From positions 180,001-212,000 of the forward strand of contig CP060232.1 of NCBI GenBank assembly GCA_023898645.1: 32,000 nt of DNA, written 5' to 3'. Shown one piece after another: positions 1-11,000 of the stretch. The notes below the pieces were generated by a model. The model saw nothing but the letters and a program-made list of their open reading frames with translations. It searched no databases and was not told the origin of the DNA. Origin of the DNA: Candidatus Saccharimonadota bacterium (lineage in GTDB: Bacteria > Patescibacteriota > Saccharimonadia > Saccharimonadales > Saccharimonadaceae). The position numbers were made by a program, and so were the translations under genes. Each line of letters starts with the position of its first letter. The first letter of the stretch is position 1.

Positions 1-1
1 G

Positions 2-127
2 GTCACAGAAGCTACCTCCAGCCTTTCTCAGCAGCAGTCAGCCGGGAACATGGTACGCCTTAATGTGACATCGGTCGGGGGCAATTCCGCTGCAACTGGA
101 GTTGCCGTAGACGTAGAGGTAGATTAA
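2..127 (+). CDS. 3' end of an upstream ORF entering the window (partial, hypothetical)
   Basis: Frame 2 is open from the window edge to TAA at 125-127 (...NMVRLNVTSVGGNSAATGVAVDVEVD*). Its stop overlaps the next start as TAATG (ATG at 127), a typical translational-coupling junction. Only 41 residues are visible, so no function is assignable. Confidence 0.4.
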   Translation, partial: VTEATSSLSQQQSAGNMVRLNVTSVGGNSAATGVAVDVEVD

Positions 128-2814
128 TGGCTAAGGCTAGCACGCTTAGTGAGACTTTTGATTCCTATAATACCCTGGTGTGGTATCGGTCGAACGCAAC
201 GAATGTCGCCTACACAGGTGGTCAGCTTAAGCTTACACCAACAACGTCCTACCATTATCTCGATACTTTTACTGGGTATGACTTGACCGAATCACACTAT
301 CAAGTTGAGTTTGTTCAAAACTGCAACGCGGGAAACCACGACTCGATAACGACTAATTTTACGGTTGTAGTAGACGGTAGTAATAGCTTTGAGTTTGAGA
401 TTGGCGGCGGTCCGACTGGCTCGGTGGTTATGCGCGAGCAAGTGGCTGGAGTTAATTCTGAAACAACGACGACATATGATGCTACCAATTTTCGATGGCT
501 ACGTTTGCGAGAGTCGGGAGGTACGATTTATTGGGAGACATCGCCAGATGGGTCGACATGGACTATCCAGCGGTCAAAAACCTCATCGCTAACACTGGCA
601 TCGACAAATGTGATGTTGTCATGCGGCCGTTGGACATCGGAAACATCGCCAGGTAACTCTTATTTTGACAACCTAAATCCCGGCTCGCCTACGGCAACTC
701 TGACTGACGATTTCAGTACAGAGGATACCATCAAGTGGACAGGATATGAAGGCAACGTCGCTTCCGTTGTCGATGGTCGCCTAGCGTTATCGGGCGCTAC
801 ATCGGACTACTACCCGCCTTTAGAATCGGTGAGTACCTATGTGTTTACGGGCTCCTACGTTGCGTGTCAGTTTGTTGAAAACTTCCCCGAGGGAAATGGT
901 AGTTACACATTGGAATTTTATGTAGGTAGCGATACGAACAACCGAATTGAATTTCAGATTAATGGCGGTAGTCTTGGTATTTCAATGAAAGAAAAGGTGG
1001 CAGGAGTAGTGTCTTCTAGTGATTTGATATACAACCCGCTGCGACACAAATGGTTACGCATGCGCGAGTCAGGCGGGACGGTATATTGGGAAACCTCGAT
1101 AGACAGCGCGACATGGGTCGAACGTTGGTCGAAAGCCACTACATTGAATCTCAATAACGTCACCATCGGCTTTAACGGTGGATATTACGGTACTGAAACA
1201 GGCAGTCCTGTCGCCTTGTTTGATAATTTCAATCTTATTGCCGGGACAAACATTGGCTACGATGAACCGCTACCTATCTCGCTGCTTACCGATGAATTTA
1301 CTACCCTTGATGGTTCAAAGTGGTATGCGCCGCCTGAATATAGTATTAGTGCAGTGGACAGTGTGTTATCTATACCTGTCGTGCCGAATGACTATCATTA
1401 CATAAATACCAATGACACTTGGAATTTAATTGGTGATTCCTTGTTGCTTGAATTGGTTCAGAACGCCAACCGTGGATCATCTCAGTATGGCACCATCACT
1501 ACTGAAATAGCCGTCATTGTAGATGCCACGAATCGGGTTCAATTCATGATTGGCGGTGGCAATGGATCGGAGATTAAGTTGCGCGAGGTCGTTGATGGCA
1601 CGCCGTCAGACACGACGATTATTTATGACCAAACTTTACATCGTTGGTTTCGAATTCGAGAAAATAGCGGAGCTGTTTACTGGGAGACTTCCAAGGACGG
1701 TGCAGTATGGAACATCCAACGGTCAAAATCCACCACGCTTGATTTGTCTAGTGTGAAAGTGCAGTTTACGGTGGGTTCGTATGAGAACGAAGTCGACCCA
1801 GGTACTGTACTGATTGACAATGTTAATCTTCCTAACACTGCTTTGCAAGCGCAGATAGGATGGTACGTTAATTCGCTTCCGCTAGGGGCGACTGATGGCG
1901 GTACGATACAGCCGAAAAATTTCTTTCAGCAAGCCGATTGGCTATGGAAACCAATTCCAGATAATCCGGTGCTCGATCCAATGTCGGCACTTTGGGGTGC
2001 GGAGCTAGAATCCGGTAGTCATAGCGTAGAAGTGTGGGATTTTGCTGATACGATTATCCTGCCAAATCAAATTGACGAGAATACGCCGCGATATACGTTC
2101 ACGCTATTAAATTATCCCGACTGGGGCGCGAATCCATTTGACGGATACACTATTCCGGTACCCCTTGGCACGCAAATACCACCTGGAAGCGATGGTCACT
2201 TGTGCGTAATGGACCCGACTACTGGGAAGGTGTTTTCATTTTGGCAAACAGTGTATGACCAGAATACTGATAGTTGGTCGGCTTCTTGGGGCGGCATAGC
2301 CGATCTCAACGGCGACGGAAGAGACTACGAGGGTGGCGCAACTGCGACTAATATATCCCGAGTCGCAGGAGTGGTGCTGGACAACGAAGTGTTGGCAAGA
2401 GAAATACCGCACGCACTCTTTGCTGCTAGCGGTAGCTCGGGGCCGGACTTTCGATATCCTGCGCAAAAAAGCGATGGCGTGAATATGGCGGGCGTAGATA
2501 ATCCCGTTCCTCAGGGCATACGAGTACAGCTTGATCCGACGATTAATCTCGCAGCGATTGTCGGCATCACACCCGGTGAACTGGCTGTCGGCAGGGCTAT
2601 GCAGAAATATGGTGTTTATATATTAGAGCAAAGTGGCGGCGGTCCTGGGTTTGGATGTCAGCTCCGGTTTTTGTGGGGCGATGGTTACAGCGGAAATTAT
2701 CTTGAGACACCTTTGGTGTATCGTCAGGCGGGTTTTCAGTGGGACTACTTTGACATGTCGCACATTCCTTGGGCGGGCAATCTCCGTGTATTGAATAGCT
2801 GGGACGGAAGTTAA
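127..2814 (+). CDS. Hypothetical large protein: three tandem ConA/LamG-like jelly-roll repeats plus an unassigned ~315-aa C-terminal domain; no signal peptide
   Basis: The 895-aa ORF has no competing frame. Three ~185-aa repeats share the block [RH][RK]W[LF]R[LMI]RE[SN][GS]G[TA][IV]YWETS.D[GS][SA].W....SK...L. The N-terminus (MAKASTLSETFDSYN...) has no hydrophobic signal. The C-terminal part carries the motif GSDGHLCVMDPTTGKVFSFWQ, which I cannot place in a family. Confidence 0.85.
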   Translation: MAKASTLSETFDSYNTLVWYRSNATNVAYTGGQLKLTPTTSYHYLDTFTGYDLTESHYQVEFVQNCNAGNHDSITTNFTVVVDGSNSFEFEIGGGPTGSVVMREQVAGVNSETTTTYDATNFRWLRLRESGGTIYWETSPDGSTWTIQRSKTSSLTLASTNVMLSCGRWTSETSPGNSYFDNLNPGSPTATLTDDFSTEDTIKWTGYEGNVASVVDGRLALSGATSDYYPPLESVSTYVFTGSYVACQFVENFPEGNGSYTLEFYVGSDTNNRIEFQINGGSLGISMKEKVAGVVSSSDLIYNPLRHKWLRMRESGGTVYWETSIDSATWVERWSKATTLNLNNVTIGFNGGYYGTETGSPVALFDNFNLIAGTNIGYDEPLPISLLTDEFTTLDGSKWYAPPEYSISAVDSVLSIPVVPNDYHYINTNDTWNLIGDSLLLELVQNANRGSSQYGTITTEIAVIVDATNRVQFMIGGGNGSEIKLREVVDGTPSDTTIIYDQTLHRWFRIRENSGAVYWETSKDGAVWNIQRSKSTTLDLSSVKVQFTVGSYENEVDPGTVLIDNVNLPNTALQAQIGWYVNSLPLGATDGGTIQPKNFFQQADWLWKPIPDNPVLDPMSALWGAELESGSHSVEVWDFADTIILPNQIDENTPRYTFTLLNYPDWGANPFDGYTIPVPLGTQIPPGSDGHLCVMDPTTGKVFSFWQTVYDQNTDSWSASWGGIADLNGDGRDYEGGATATNISRVAGVVLDNEVLAREIPHALFAASGSSGPDFRYPAQKSDGVNMAGVDNPVPQGIRVQLDPTINLAAIVGITPGELAVGRAMQKYGVYILEQSGGGPGFGCQLRFLWGDGYSGNYLETPLVYRQAGFQWDYFDMSHIPWAGNLRVLNSWDGS
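139..1822 (+). repeat. Three diverged protein-level tandem repeats (~185 aa each) inside the 127-2814 CDS
   Basis: Approximate repeat limits are 139-682, 694-1231 and 1279-1822. They are alignable by eye at protein level (RWLRLRESGGTIYWETSPDGSTWTIQRSK / KWLRMRESGGTVYWETSIDSATWVERWSK / RWFRIRENSGAVYWETSKDGAVWNIQRSK). They are not identical at DNA level. Confidence 0.8.
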
Positions 2815-2831
2815 GTCCGAACGGAACCTCA

Positions 2832-2860
2832 TTGCCGCTACCTCTGTTTTCTGGTATAAT
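2832..2860 (+). promoter_or_regulatory. Candidate sigma-70-type promoter of lepA (TTGCCG-N17-TGgTATAAT)
   Basis: The -35-like TTGCCG lies at 2832-2837, followed by a 17-nt spacer. An extended -10 TGgTATAAT lies at 2852-2860. The ATG at 2872 is only 11 nt after the -10, so the leader is very short and has no Shine-Dalgarno sequence. Confidence 0.4.
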
Positions 2861-2871
2861 TACCGAAGTTT

Positions 2872-4722
2872 ATGGACCAAAGTCACATCCGAAATTTCTG
2901 CATCATTGCTCATATTGACCACGGCAAGTCAACGCTTGCCGATCGTATGATGGAAATGACGCATACTGTCGAAAAGCGCGATATGAAATCGCAGCTGCTC
3001 GATAGTATGGATTTGGAGCGTGAAAAGGGTATCACGATCAAGCTCGCACCGGTGCGGATGGCGTATGCGCCTAGAGTAGATGGTAGTTTGTATGTAGTAG
3101 ATGGTGAGAAAAAAAATACCAAATACCAAATACCAAATACCACCTACCAACTAAATCTTATCGACACTCCCGGCCACGTGGACTTTAGCTACGAAGTAAG
3201 CCGTAGTTTGGAGGCATGCGAAGGTGCCGTGTTGGTGGTGGACGCTAGTCAGGGCATTCAGGCGCAGACACTCGCGAATGTATATTTGGCACTGGCTGCA
3301 GATTTGACGATTATTCCGGTGCTTAACAAGATTGATCTACCGGCTGCAGACGTGCCGCGTGTGAGTGCGGAAATTATCAATTTGCTTGGCTGTGACGAAT
3401 CAGACATTTTGAAAATTAGCGCAAAAACAGGCGAGGGTGTAATTGAGGTACTCGATGCAATCGTAGAGCGCATCGCTCCGCCAAAAGGCGACGAAAGCGC
3501 ACCGACGCGTTCGCTGATTTTTGACAGTTATTACGATGATTATCGCGGGGTGATTTTGTATACGCGGACGTTTGACGGAAGCATCAAAAAAGGCGATACA
3601 ATCGAAATGCTTGCCACTGGAGCCCACGGCCTGGCGCTTGAAGTTGGTGCTCTGAACCCAGTGATGAAACCGGGCGAAGCCATCGCAACTGGTGAGATCG
3701 GCTATATCGTGACCAACCTCAAGACCACTCGCGATGCCAAGGTAGGCGATACGGTCACGGTCAAGCGAGCACATGCCAGCGAGCCACTCCCAGGGTATCA
3801 GAACGTCAAGCCATTTGTATATGCTGGGTTCTTCCCAGTGAGTAATGAAGATTATAACGATCTCAAAGATGCTGTCGAAAAGCTCAGCCTGAGCGATAGC
3901 GCATTGCAATTCGAGCCCGAAAACTCTCCGGTACTTGGCTTTGGTGTGCGTATTGGGTTCCTCGGCCTACTGCATATGGATATTATTCGTGAGCGATTGG
4001 AACGTGAATATGACCTTGATTTGGTCGTCACTAATCCATCGACCGATTATCAGGTGACTTTGGCAAAAGGTGAGGAGATTGATATCAAATCCGCGAGCGA
4101 TTTACCAGATATGAGCAAAGTTGCAGAAATACGTGAACCATGGATCAACGGCGAAATCGTGGTGCCGCAAGATTACATTGGCAACGTGATTCAATTGATT
4201 GTGAGCAAACGCGGCAAGCAAAAGAACCTGAGCTACATAGACGAGCGAGCACTCATCAGTTTTGAAGCGCCACTTGCAAATCTGCTCACTGACTTTTACG
4301 ACCAACTCAAGAGTGTGACGAGCGGCTACGGTAGCTTTAACTACGAGTTGAGCGAATATCGTGCTGAAGATTTGGTACGCGTTGATTTCTATGTTGCTGG
4401 CGAAATTGTCGATTCGCTCAGTATTATGCTGCATCGGTCTGAGGCTGAATCTGTCGGTAGGGTAGTAGTCAAAAAGCTCAAAGACGTGATTCCGCGGCAA
4501 AATTTCCAAGTGGCGTTGCAGGCGGCAATTGGTGGTCGATTCATCGCGCGCGAAGATTTGAGTGCATATCGCAAAGACGTGACGACTGGGCTGTATGGTG
4601 GAGACGTAAGCCGCAAAAAGAAAGTCCTCGCCAAGCAGGCAAAAGGCAAAAAACGCATGAAGCGCTTCGGAAAGGTGGATATTCCGTCCGAAGCTTTCAC
4701 GGTGATGCTAAAGCGCGACTAG
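2872..4722 (+). CDS. lepA: Elongation factor 4 (LepA), translational GTPase
   Basis: The N-terminus IRNFCIIAHIDHGKSTLADR (G1), LIDTPGHVDFSYEVSRSL (G3), NKIDLP (G4) and the C-terminal LepA-specific region (...GGDVSRKKKVLAKQAKGKKRMK...) are unmistakable. The protein is 616 aa, with a ~19-aa insertion before G3. Confidence 0.97.
   Translation: MDQSHIRNFCIIAHIDHGKSTLADRMMEMTHTVEKRDMKSQLLDSMDLEREKGITIKLAPVRMAYAPRVDGSLYVVDGEKKNTKYQIPNTTYQLNLIDTPGHVDFSYEVSRSLEACEGAVLVVDASQGIQAQTLANVYLALAADLTIIPVLNKIDLPAADVPRVSAEIINLLGCDESDILKISAKTGEGVIEVLDAIVERIAPPKGDESAPTRSLIFDSYYDDYRGVILYTRTFDGSIKKGDTIEMLATGAHGLALEVGALNPVMKPGEAIATGEIGYIVTNLKTTRDAKVGDTVTVKRAHASEPLPGYQNVKPFVYAGFFPVSNEDYNDLKDAVEKLSLSDSALQFEPENSPVLGFGVRIGFLGLLHMDIIRERLEREYDLDLVVTNPSTDYQVTLAKGEEIDIKSASDLPDMSKVAEIREPWINGEIVVPQDYIGNVIQLIVSKRGKQKNLSYIDERALISFEAPLANLLTDFYDQLKSVTSGYGSFNYELSEYRAEDLVRVDFYVAGEIVDSLSIMLHRSEAESVGRVVVKKLKDVIPRQNFQVALQAAIGGRFIAREDLSAYRKDVTTGLYGGDVSRKKKVLAKQAKGKKRMKRFGKVDIPSEAFTVMLKRD
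3109..3148 (+). repeat. A8 homopolymer followed by heptanucleotide microsatellite (AAATACC x4 plus one degenerate unit) inside lepA
   Basis: The A-run is at 3109-3116. Perfect AAATACC units are at 3114-3120, 3121-3127, 3128-3134 and 3135-3141, and a degenerate ACCTACC is at 3142-3148. The stretch encodes EKKNTKYQIPNTTYQ. Confidence 0.9.
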
Positions 4723-4842
4723 CGAGCCCATTTCTCGCCCAAAATGCAACTGGGGTGGCTTATCTGTTGCATCCAAGCCATAACTATAATAAACTAAAAG
4801 ACACAAGATAACAGATAAAACCATAGGGGGTAGTATCCGCTC

Positions 4843-5061
4843 GTGTCGATCAATGAGTTGCTAGCATCTGTAAGCAATAAAGAGATGGATCGCAAGGACT
4901 TTTTGAAGTTCTCTCTGTTCGTGATTGCGGGAATGGTTGGTGTTAAGAACATGCTTTCACTGCTAGGGGGTGTTGACTTGCGCCCCGATATGACTCTTGA
5001 AAAAAAGCCGAGCAATACCGGCGGCGGGGTTGGCTATAACAGCGGAAGATACAATAGGTAG
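4843..5061 (+). CDS. Mini-protein P1 (72 aa) with Tat-like signal motif (DRKDFLKF) plus hydrophobic segment and Gly-rich tail
   Basis: GTG start at 4843, with AGGGGG 12 nt upstream. It has two paralogues in the window (25745-25954 and 30825-31028). All three share an N-terminal ~15-aa region, an M-[DT]-R-[KQ]-[DE]-F motif, an h-region and a G/Y/F-rich tail. The gene ends 6 nt before the giant gene. Confidence 0.7.
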   Translation: MSINELLASVSNKEMDRKDFLKFSLFVIAGMVGVKNMLSLLGGVDLRPDMTLEKKPSNTGGGVGYNSGRYNR

Positions 5062-5067
5062 CTTGTT

Positions 5068-8000
5068 GTGGTAGAGCAACGATTACCTGCTATTGATGGT
5101 GACGAAGGGCATTGGGGCGAGATCCTTAATCAATTTCTTTCTAAGGAGCACCACAATACTGGTCTGGACGACCCAACCAACGGTGGCCACCAAAAAATCA
5201 CCATTCAACCCGGTACCGCAGCTGCTGGCACTGCACCGCTCAAGTTCACCAGTGGCACACTCCTCACCGCTCCCGAAGCCGGAGCCATGGAATTCGCCGG
5301 AGACAATTACTACCTCACGCAAACGACTGGCACTACCCGCAAAAAGATCGCCGCTTACGACGATACCTCTGGCGCCACCGGCGACATCTACTACCGCAAT
5401 TCATCTGGCTACTTCACCCGACTCGGCGTTGGCTCTACTGGTAATGTCCTTACTGTTGCCGGAGGTATCCCTTCGTGGTCTTCTTCTATTAGCAACACGA
5501 GCACCATCACTCTCAAAGACACGAACTTCACTTTGCAAGATGACGGCAATACGACCAAGCAGCTCAAGTTTGAACTCAGTGGCATATCTGCAAGCACTAC
5601 GAGAACTCTTACAGTTCCAGACGCCAATACGACAATCGTGGGTACCGACGTCACGCAGACGTTGACGAATAAAACCATTACTAGTCCGACGATTGATGGC
5701 ACGCCAATTAGTACATTTGCTGATACGTCGGGCGGTTCTACGGTTGGGCGTAAATATCTCCTAGATATACCTATCGTTCCAGATCAAACAAGTGCTGGTG
5801 TGAGCGGCGGCGCAACTATTGTGGGCTTGCAAAATGATCTGGCGTATTTAACGGCACGAGGTGGTGCGATTACAGTTACCCAAAACAGTGTTGATATATC
5901 AAGTTCGGTGTTGCCTGAAAACTGGTTCATTCCAGGTAATTATGTCAATTTGCCTGTAGATGCAACAAGCGATGTATACGTCATCACGATCACTAGGCCA
6001 ACTAGTAATATATATAGTAATTATTGGGGGTGGGGCCAGATAGGGCTTAATTTTCGTAACGGATTCCACGCCAAAGACGTAAAGCTTGAGGTCAACTCAG
6101 GTGGCGTATGGACGACACTGCTTGATGTTACGAATGATTCATCATCTGCAAAATTTGCTCGTTATCAGACACTTAATCCGCCATACGCTGAGCAATTTCG
6201 AATTACTCTAACTAATCTAGCTTACGTCAATGTTACTGGTCTGCGAATACAGAATATTTGGGCGACGAGTTTATCGGCCAATCCGGCGGTAATGTCTAAC
6301 CTTACGTATTTACCTCGCGGAGGCGGCTCTATTATTGGTACGTCTGCGGCACCTCCAACATTTACAGCAGCAGGAAATGATTCAAATATTGGTATCAACT
6401 TGGTACCAAAGGGTACGGGAACTGTCACGGTAGGGGGAGTGGACGTCGTTACAACAACTGGTACCCAAACGCTGACGAATAAGACGCTGACAAATCCTAG
6501 AATTAATCAGATTAATGACACCAACGGAAACACCTCTATAGCACTAATTGCCACTGCTAGTGCTGTGAGCTATTTGCATGTAACCAATGCTGCCACCGGG
6601 TCGTTTGCCGTCGGAGGTGGTGTAGTACTGAGGCCAGAAAGCACCGATACAGACGTTAACTTACTCGCCAAGCCGAGAGGATCTGGGTATGTTGGTATTT
6701 CTGATTCTGCGTCTGGCTGGATCGCAAAGTTCGCACGAACCGCTGGCGCAAATGCTAATTATTGGAACATTCAAGGGAGTAGTGCAGGCGGCGCAGTGAC
6801 GCTTACTGCTGCGGGTACTGACAGCTCCATCAATGCCAATATTGTCTCCAAGGGTACGGGTACAGTCCAGGCAAATGGTGTCGATGTCGTCACGACCACC
6901 GGCACGCAAACTCTGACGAACAAAACTATCTCTGGCGCTTCTAATACCCTAAGTAATATTCCTCAATCGGCAATTACCAATCTAACTACTGACATCACCA
7001 CTGCTCAGACTACTGCCGACACTGCGCAGAAGTTCATCGATCTCAAGGCGTCCGGATTGCCTAATATAGCTTCCGATCCAAGCTGTTCGGTTCCTGAATT
7101 GTGGGCTACTAATGGTTTTGGCTCCAACTGGACGGGAGAAGTCAGCAATGAGCAGGCAGTTTCGGGTACCCAATCGCTGAAGATGACGATTACTGGATCG
7201 TCATACCCCACGCTAACCTTCCTACGTACTAAGGATGGCGATTATATTCCAGACATCGACTCGCTTCGGGTTCGCCCAGGCGACAAATTTTACATGGAAG
7301 TGTATATTCGAGCCCATGCTTCGAATGCTGTCACTAATACACTCTTTTATATTCAAGCGTGGTCTACTGACTCCACAGGGGTAAATGGCTACGCCTTCAT
7401 CAATAGTACCGGAGTCGCGCCAAGTACGAGTGGCTGGACGAAGCTAACTCATACCTATACAGTGCCTGCCGGTCGGGATCGATTGAACATAAGACTCGCC
7501 GGAAGCCTCAACAATGGGATTGGCGATATTTATTATGTCGACAATCTATTGTGGTTGAATGTTACCGATACTCAAGACATCATAGACAATGTTTATCAGG
7601 GTATAAACGGCGGATCTAGTACGTGGAATTCACTTGCTACTATGAAGACCGCTATCCAATCTCTAGTCACGCTCACAGGCACTCAGACTCTTACAAATAA
7701 GACGTTGACGTCGCCAAAGATTAATCAAATTCTCGACAGCAATGGCGTGGCTGTCCTTGGCCTTACTACTACTGCAAGTGCAGCAAACTATGTCAATATC
7801 CGCAACAAGGCTGCCGGTTCTGGTCCGTTTGTCGAGACAGCTGGTTCTGATACCGATATTCCTCTTAATTTAAGCACGAAGGGTACAGGCCTTATCCATC
7901 TTTCTCCTGGTGGTACTGCGGCGCTGCAGGTTGGATATACTGCATCATCTGTAAACTATTTTAGACTTACAGGAAGCGCAACTGGTTCTGGACCGACGCT

Positions 8001-11000
8001 TTTCGCGAATGGCACCGACACGAATGTCGACATGTTGCTGACGACTAAGGGCTCGGGTGTTGTTAAGGCAAATGGTGTTGAAGTGGTGACTGTAGACGGC
8101 ACCCAAACTTTGACGAACAAAACAATCACATCACCTGTGATTAATAGTGCTACTGGTATCTCTGTTGGTGCGGTGGTATCTCCTACTGGTTCATCGAATC
8201 CTCCTAAAATTACCTTTAATCTGACATACGGCACGAATTCGCCGGGTAGTAATGCCAACCAAAAGATTCAACTCTACGCGGGCTATGGTTTTGGCTTGTC
8301 TGCTTCTATGCTTGAATACCAAGTAGTTACTGGCGCTGTCCATCGCTTCTTCGTAGGTGGCAGCGAACGAATGTCGATAAGTGGATCTGATGTGACAATC
8401 GGTGGAGTATCCGCTGCAACTACAACAGGTACGCAAACCCTCACCAATAAAACACTGACATCACCTAAGGTAAATTCAATCTATGATACCAATGGCGCAA
8501 ACGCGCTGTATATGACACCTACAGCGAATGCAGTTAATTATACCGAGTTGCGAAACGCTCCGGCGGGAAGCGCTAATCAGATTCGAAGTATTGGAGCAGA
8601 CACGAATATTAGCATGATGTTGGTGCCTAAGGGTAGCGGAAACGTTCAAATCTATTCCAATACCGGCATTACTCCGACTATTACTGCTGTTGGTGCAGAT
8701 GCCAATCACAATCTAAACCTCGTTCCTAAAGGCACTGGCACAGTACAGGCAAATGGTGTCGATATCGTTACTATATCTGGTACACAAACTCTCGCCAACA
8801 AAACTCTGACGAGTCCAAAAATAAATGCAATACTGGATACGAATGGCGCCACATCTCTTTCGGTTGGTGCCACAGCAAGTGCTGTAAACTATCTGACGAT
8901 TAATAATTCAGCCACGTCTTTGGCACCTAATCTTACCGCGACCGGATCTGACGCGAATATCAATCTAGACCTTAATCCAAAGGGCTCGGGCAAGGTACGA
9001 ATTATCGGTGTTCCAGTAGTAACCGAAACTGGCGGAGCGACCCTTACCAATAAAACTATCTCTGCGTCGAGCAATACTATATCTAATATTGCTGTATCAA
9101 ATCTCGACGCCAGTGCAGTTGTGACGGCAGCAGAAACTATAGCAGCCAACAACAACGACACGACTATTCCAACTTCGGCGGCAGTAAAGAGTTACGTAGA
9201 TAGCACGGGTAGTGGAGATGCATCGACCAATACTGCAACGTCGGTAGATAGCGAAGTGGCTGTATTTTCTGGTACGACAGGCAAGTTACTCAAGCGCGCC
9301 ACAGGCAGCGGTGTAGCCATACTAACATCGGGTGTCCTGAGCACAGTTACGGCACCGAGTGGCACGATTGTTGGTACCACCGACGCGCAGACACTTACCA
9401 ACAAAACGCTCACAAGTCCGACGATTAATGGAGCGACAATTACTGGTACGGTTCAGCTTCCTGAGCCGAATCAACTTACTGTTTCCTCGGCAAGTTTGAC
9501 TAACAAGAATTACGCTATATCCAATGACGTTTCGATTGGTGCATATCCTGCTTTCAATGCTTTTAGTAAGTACTTGTGGCACGATATTCTCCGATTTGGT
9601 AGGTGGATTGGAACGGGCACCTATGAAACATATGCAAGCGGTTCTTGGTCGAGTGCTACTAATCCGACAATCGTTTTCGCCGGCAAGGAGTCTGGTGCGT
9701 ATACACTCGCCGACGGAGCAACAACTACTGCCGTACGATGGACGTGGAATTCCGGCAATTTGTCATATAGTGGCCTATCTTGGATAATGATTGGCTTCGG
9801 CTATGGTAGTCCGGCTCCAAGTAATGAAGTTACAGTTGAATCAGGTACAGACGGTACCAACTGGACGACCCGACATACCTCTACTACAACTGCCAATGCG
9901 ACGTTCGCGGCCTTTCCGTTGACGGGTGTGGGTGGTGATACGTATTTACGCTTGACTATCACTACTACAAACAGTCGGCCTATTTACCTCAATTCGATAA
10001 AGGGACTAACTAACAGGCCCGCAAATCAAGGTGGTGGTGCGGATACTGAGTATCCTTATGACTGGGATGCCAATCGAAATATCACTCTGGGATCAGGGAT
10101 TACTGCGCGCTCCGACGGTATTCTTAATATTGGCTCTACGACTACGACTACAGCTGCGGGCGGTATTTATTTTGGCAACGACACGAACTTATATCGCAGC
10201 GCAGCGAACACCCTCAAGACAGACGACAATCTAGCCATCGGTACATCCACTCAGACCGCCACAGCTACCCCCGCCAACATCAACCTCGGTGGTACGTATG
10301 GCAACAATACCGTTGGTACTCAGGGTAATCTCAAGTTGCGACTATACGACAATGGTAGTGGCAGCAACCATTTTGGTTTGGGTATTTCGGATTCCAAGCT
10401 GGAATATCAGGTACCGAATGGGTCTGGCCATCATTTTTATGTCAATGGCGTCGAGCGGCTCAAGATTACCAACTCTTTGGTGCAGGTTGCCGGTGCTGAT
10501 GTAGTCACCACTACTGGCACGCAGACATTGACCAACAAAACTCTGACGAGTCCAAAAATAAATGCAATACTGGATACGAATGGCGCCACATCTCTTTCGG
10601 TTGGTGCCACAGCAAGTGCTGTAAACTATCTGACGATTAATAATTCAGCCACGTCTTTGGCACCTAATCTTACCGCGACCGGATCTGACGCGAATATCAA
10701 TCTAGACCTTAATCCAAAGGGCTCGGGCAAGGTACGAATTATCGGTGTTCCAGTAGTAACCGAAACTGGCGGAGCGACCCTTACCAATAAAACTATCTCT
10801 GCGTCGAGCAATACTATATCTAATATTGCTGTATCAAATCTCGACGCCAGTGCAGTTGTGACGGCAGCAGAAACTATAGCAGCCAACAACAACGACACGA
10901 CTATTCCAACTTCGGCGGCAGTAAAGAGTTACGTAGATAGCACGGGTAGTGGAGATGCATCGACCAATACTGCAACGTCGGTAGATAGCGAAGTGGCTGT

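Noticed and set aside
3258-4700. Antisense ORFs within lepA (3400-3909, 169 aa; 4102-4509, 135 aa; 4389-4700, 103 aa)
   Set aside because: They lie entirely inside a highly conserved, confidently identified CDS on the other strand, and their translations look like low-complexity antisense products.
4723-4842. Possible terminator hairpins after lepA (GCGAG-N7-CTCGC at ~4724-4740; ATGCAAC-N15-GTTGCAT at 4744-4772) and small-RNA or tRNA content of intergenic regions
   Set aside because: The stems are short or have large loops and lack U-tracts. None of the intergenic regions (4723-4842, 14521-14717, 17309-17395, 19518-19602, 25662-25744) shows a cloverleaf-compatible arrangement or other convincing RNA-gene signature by eye.
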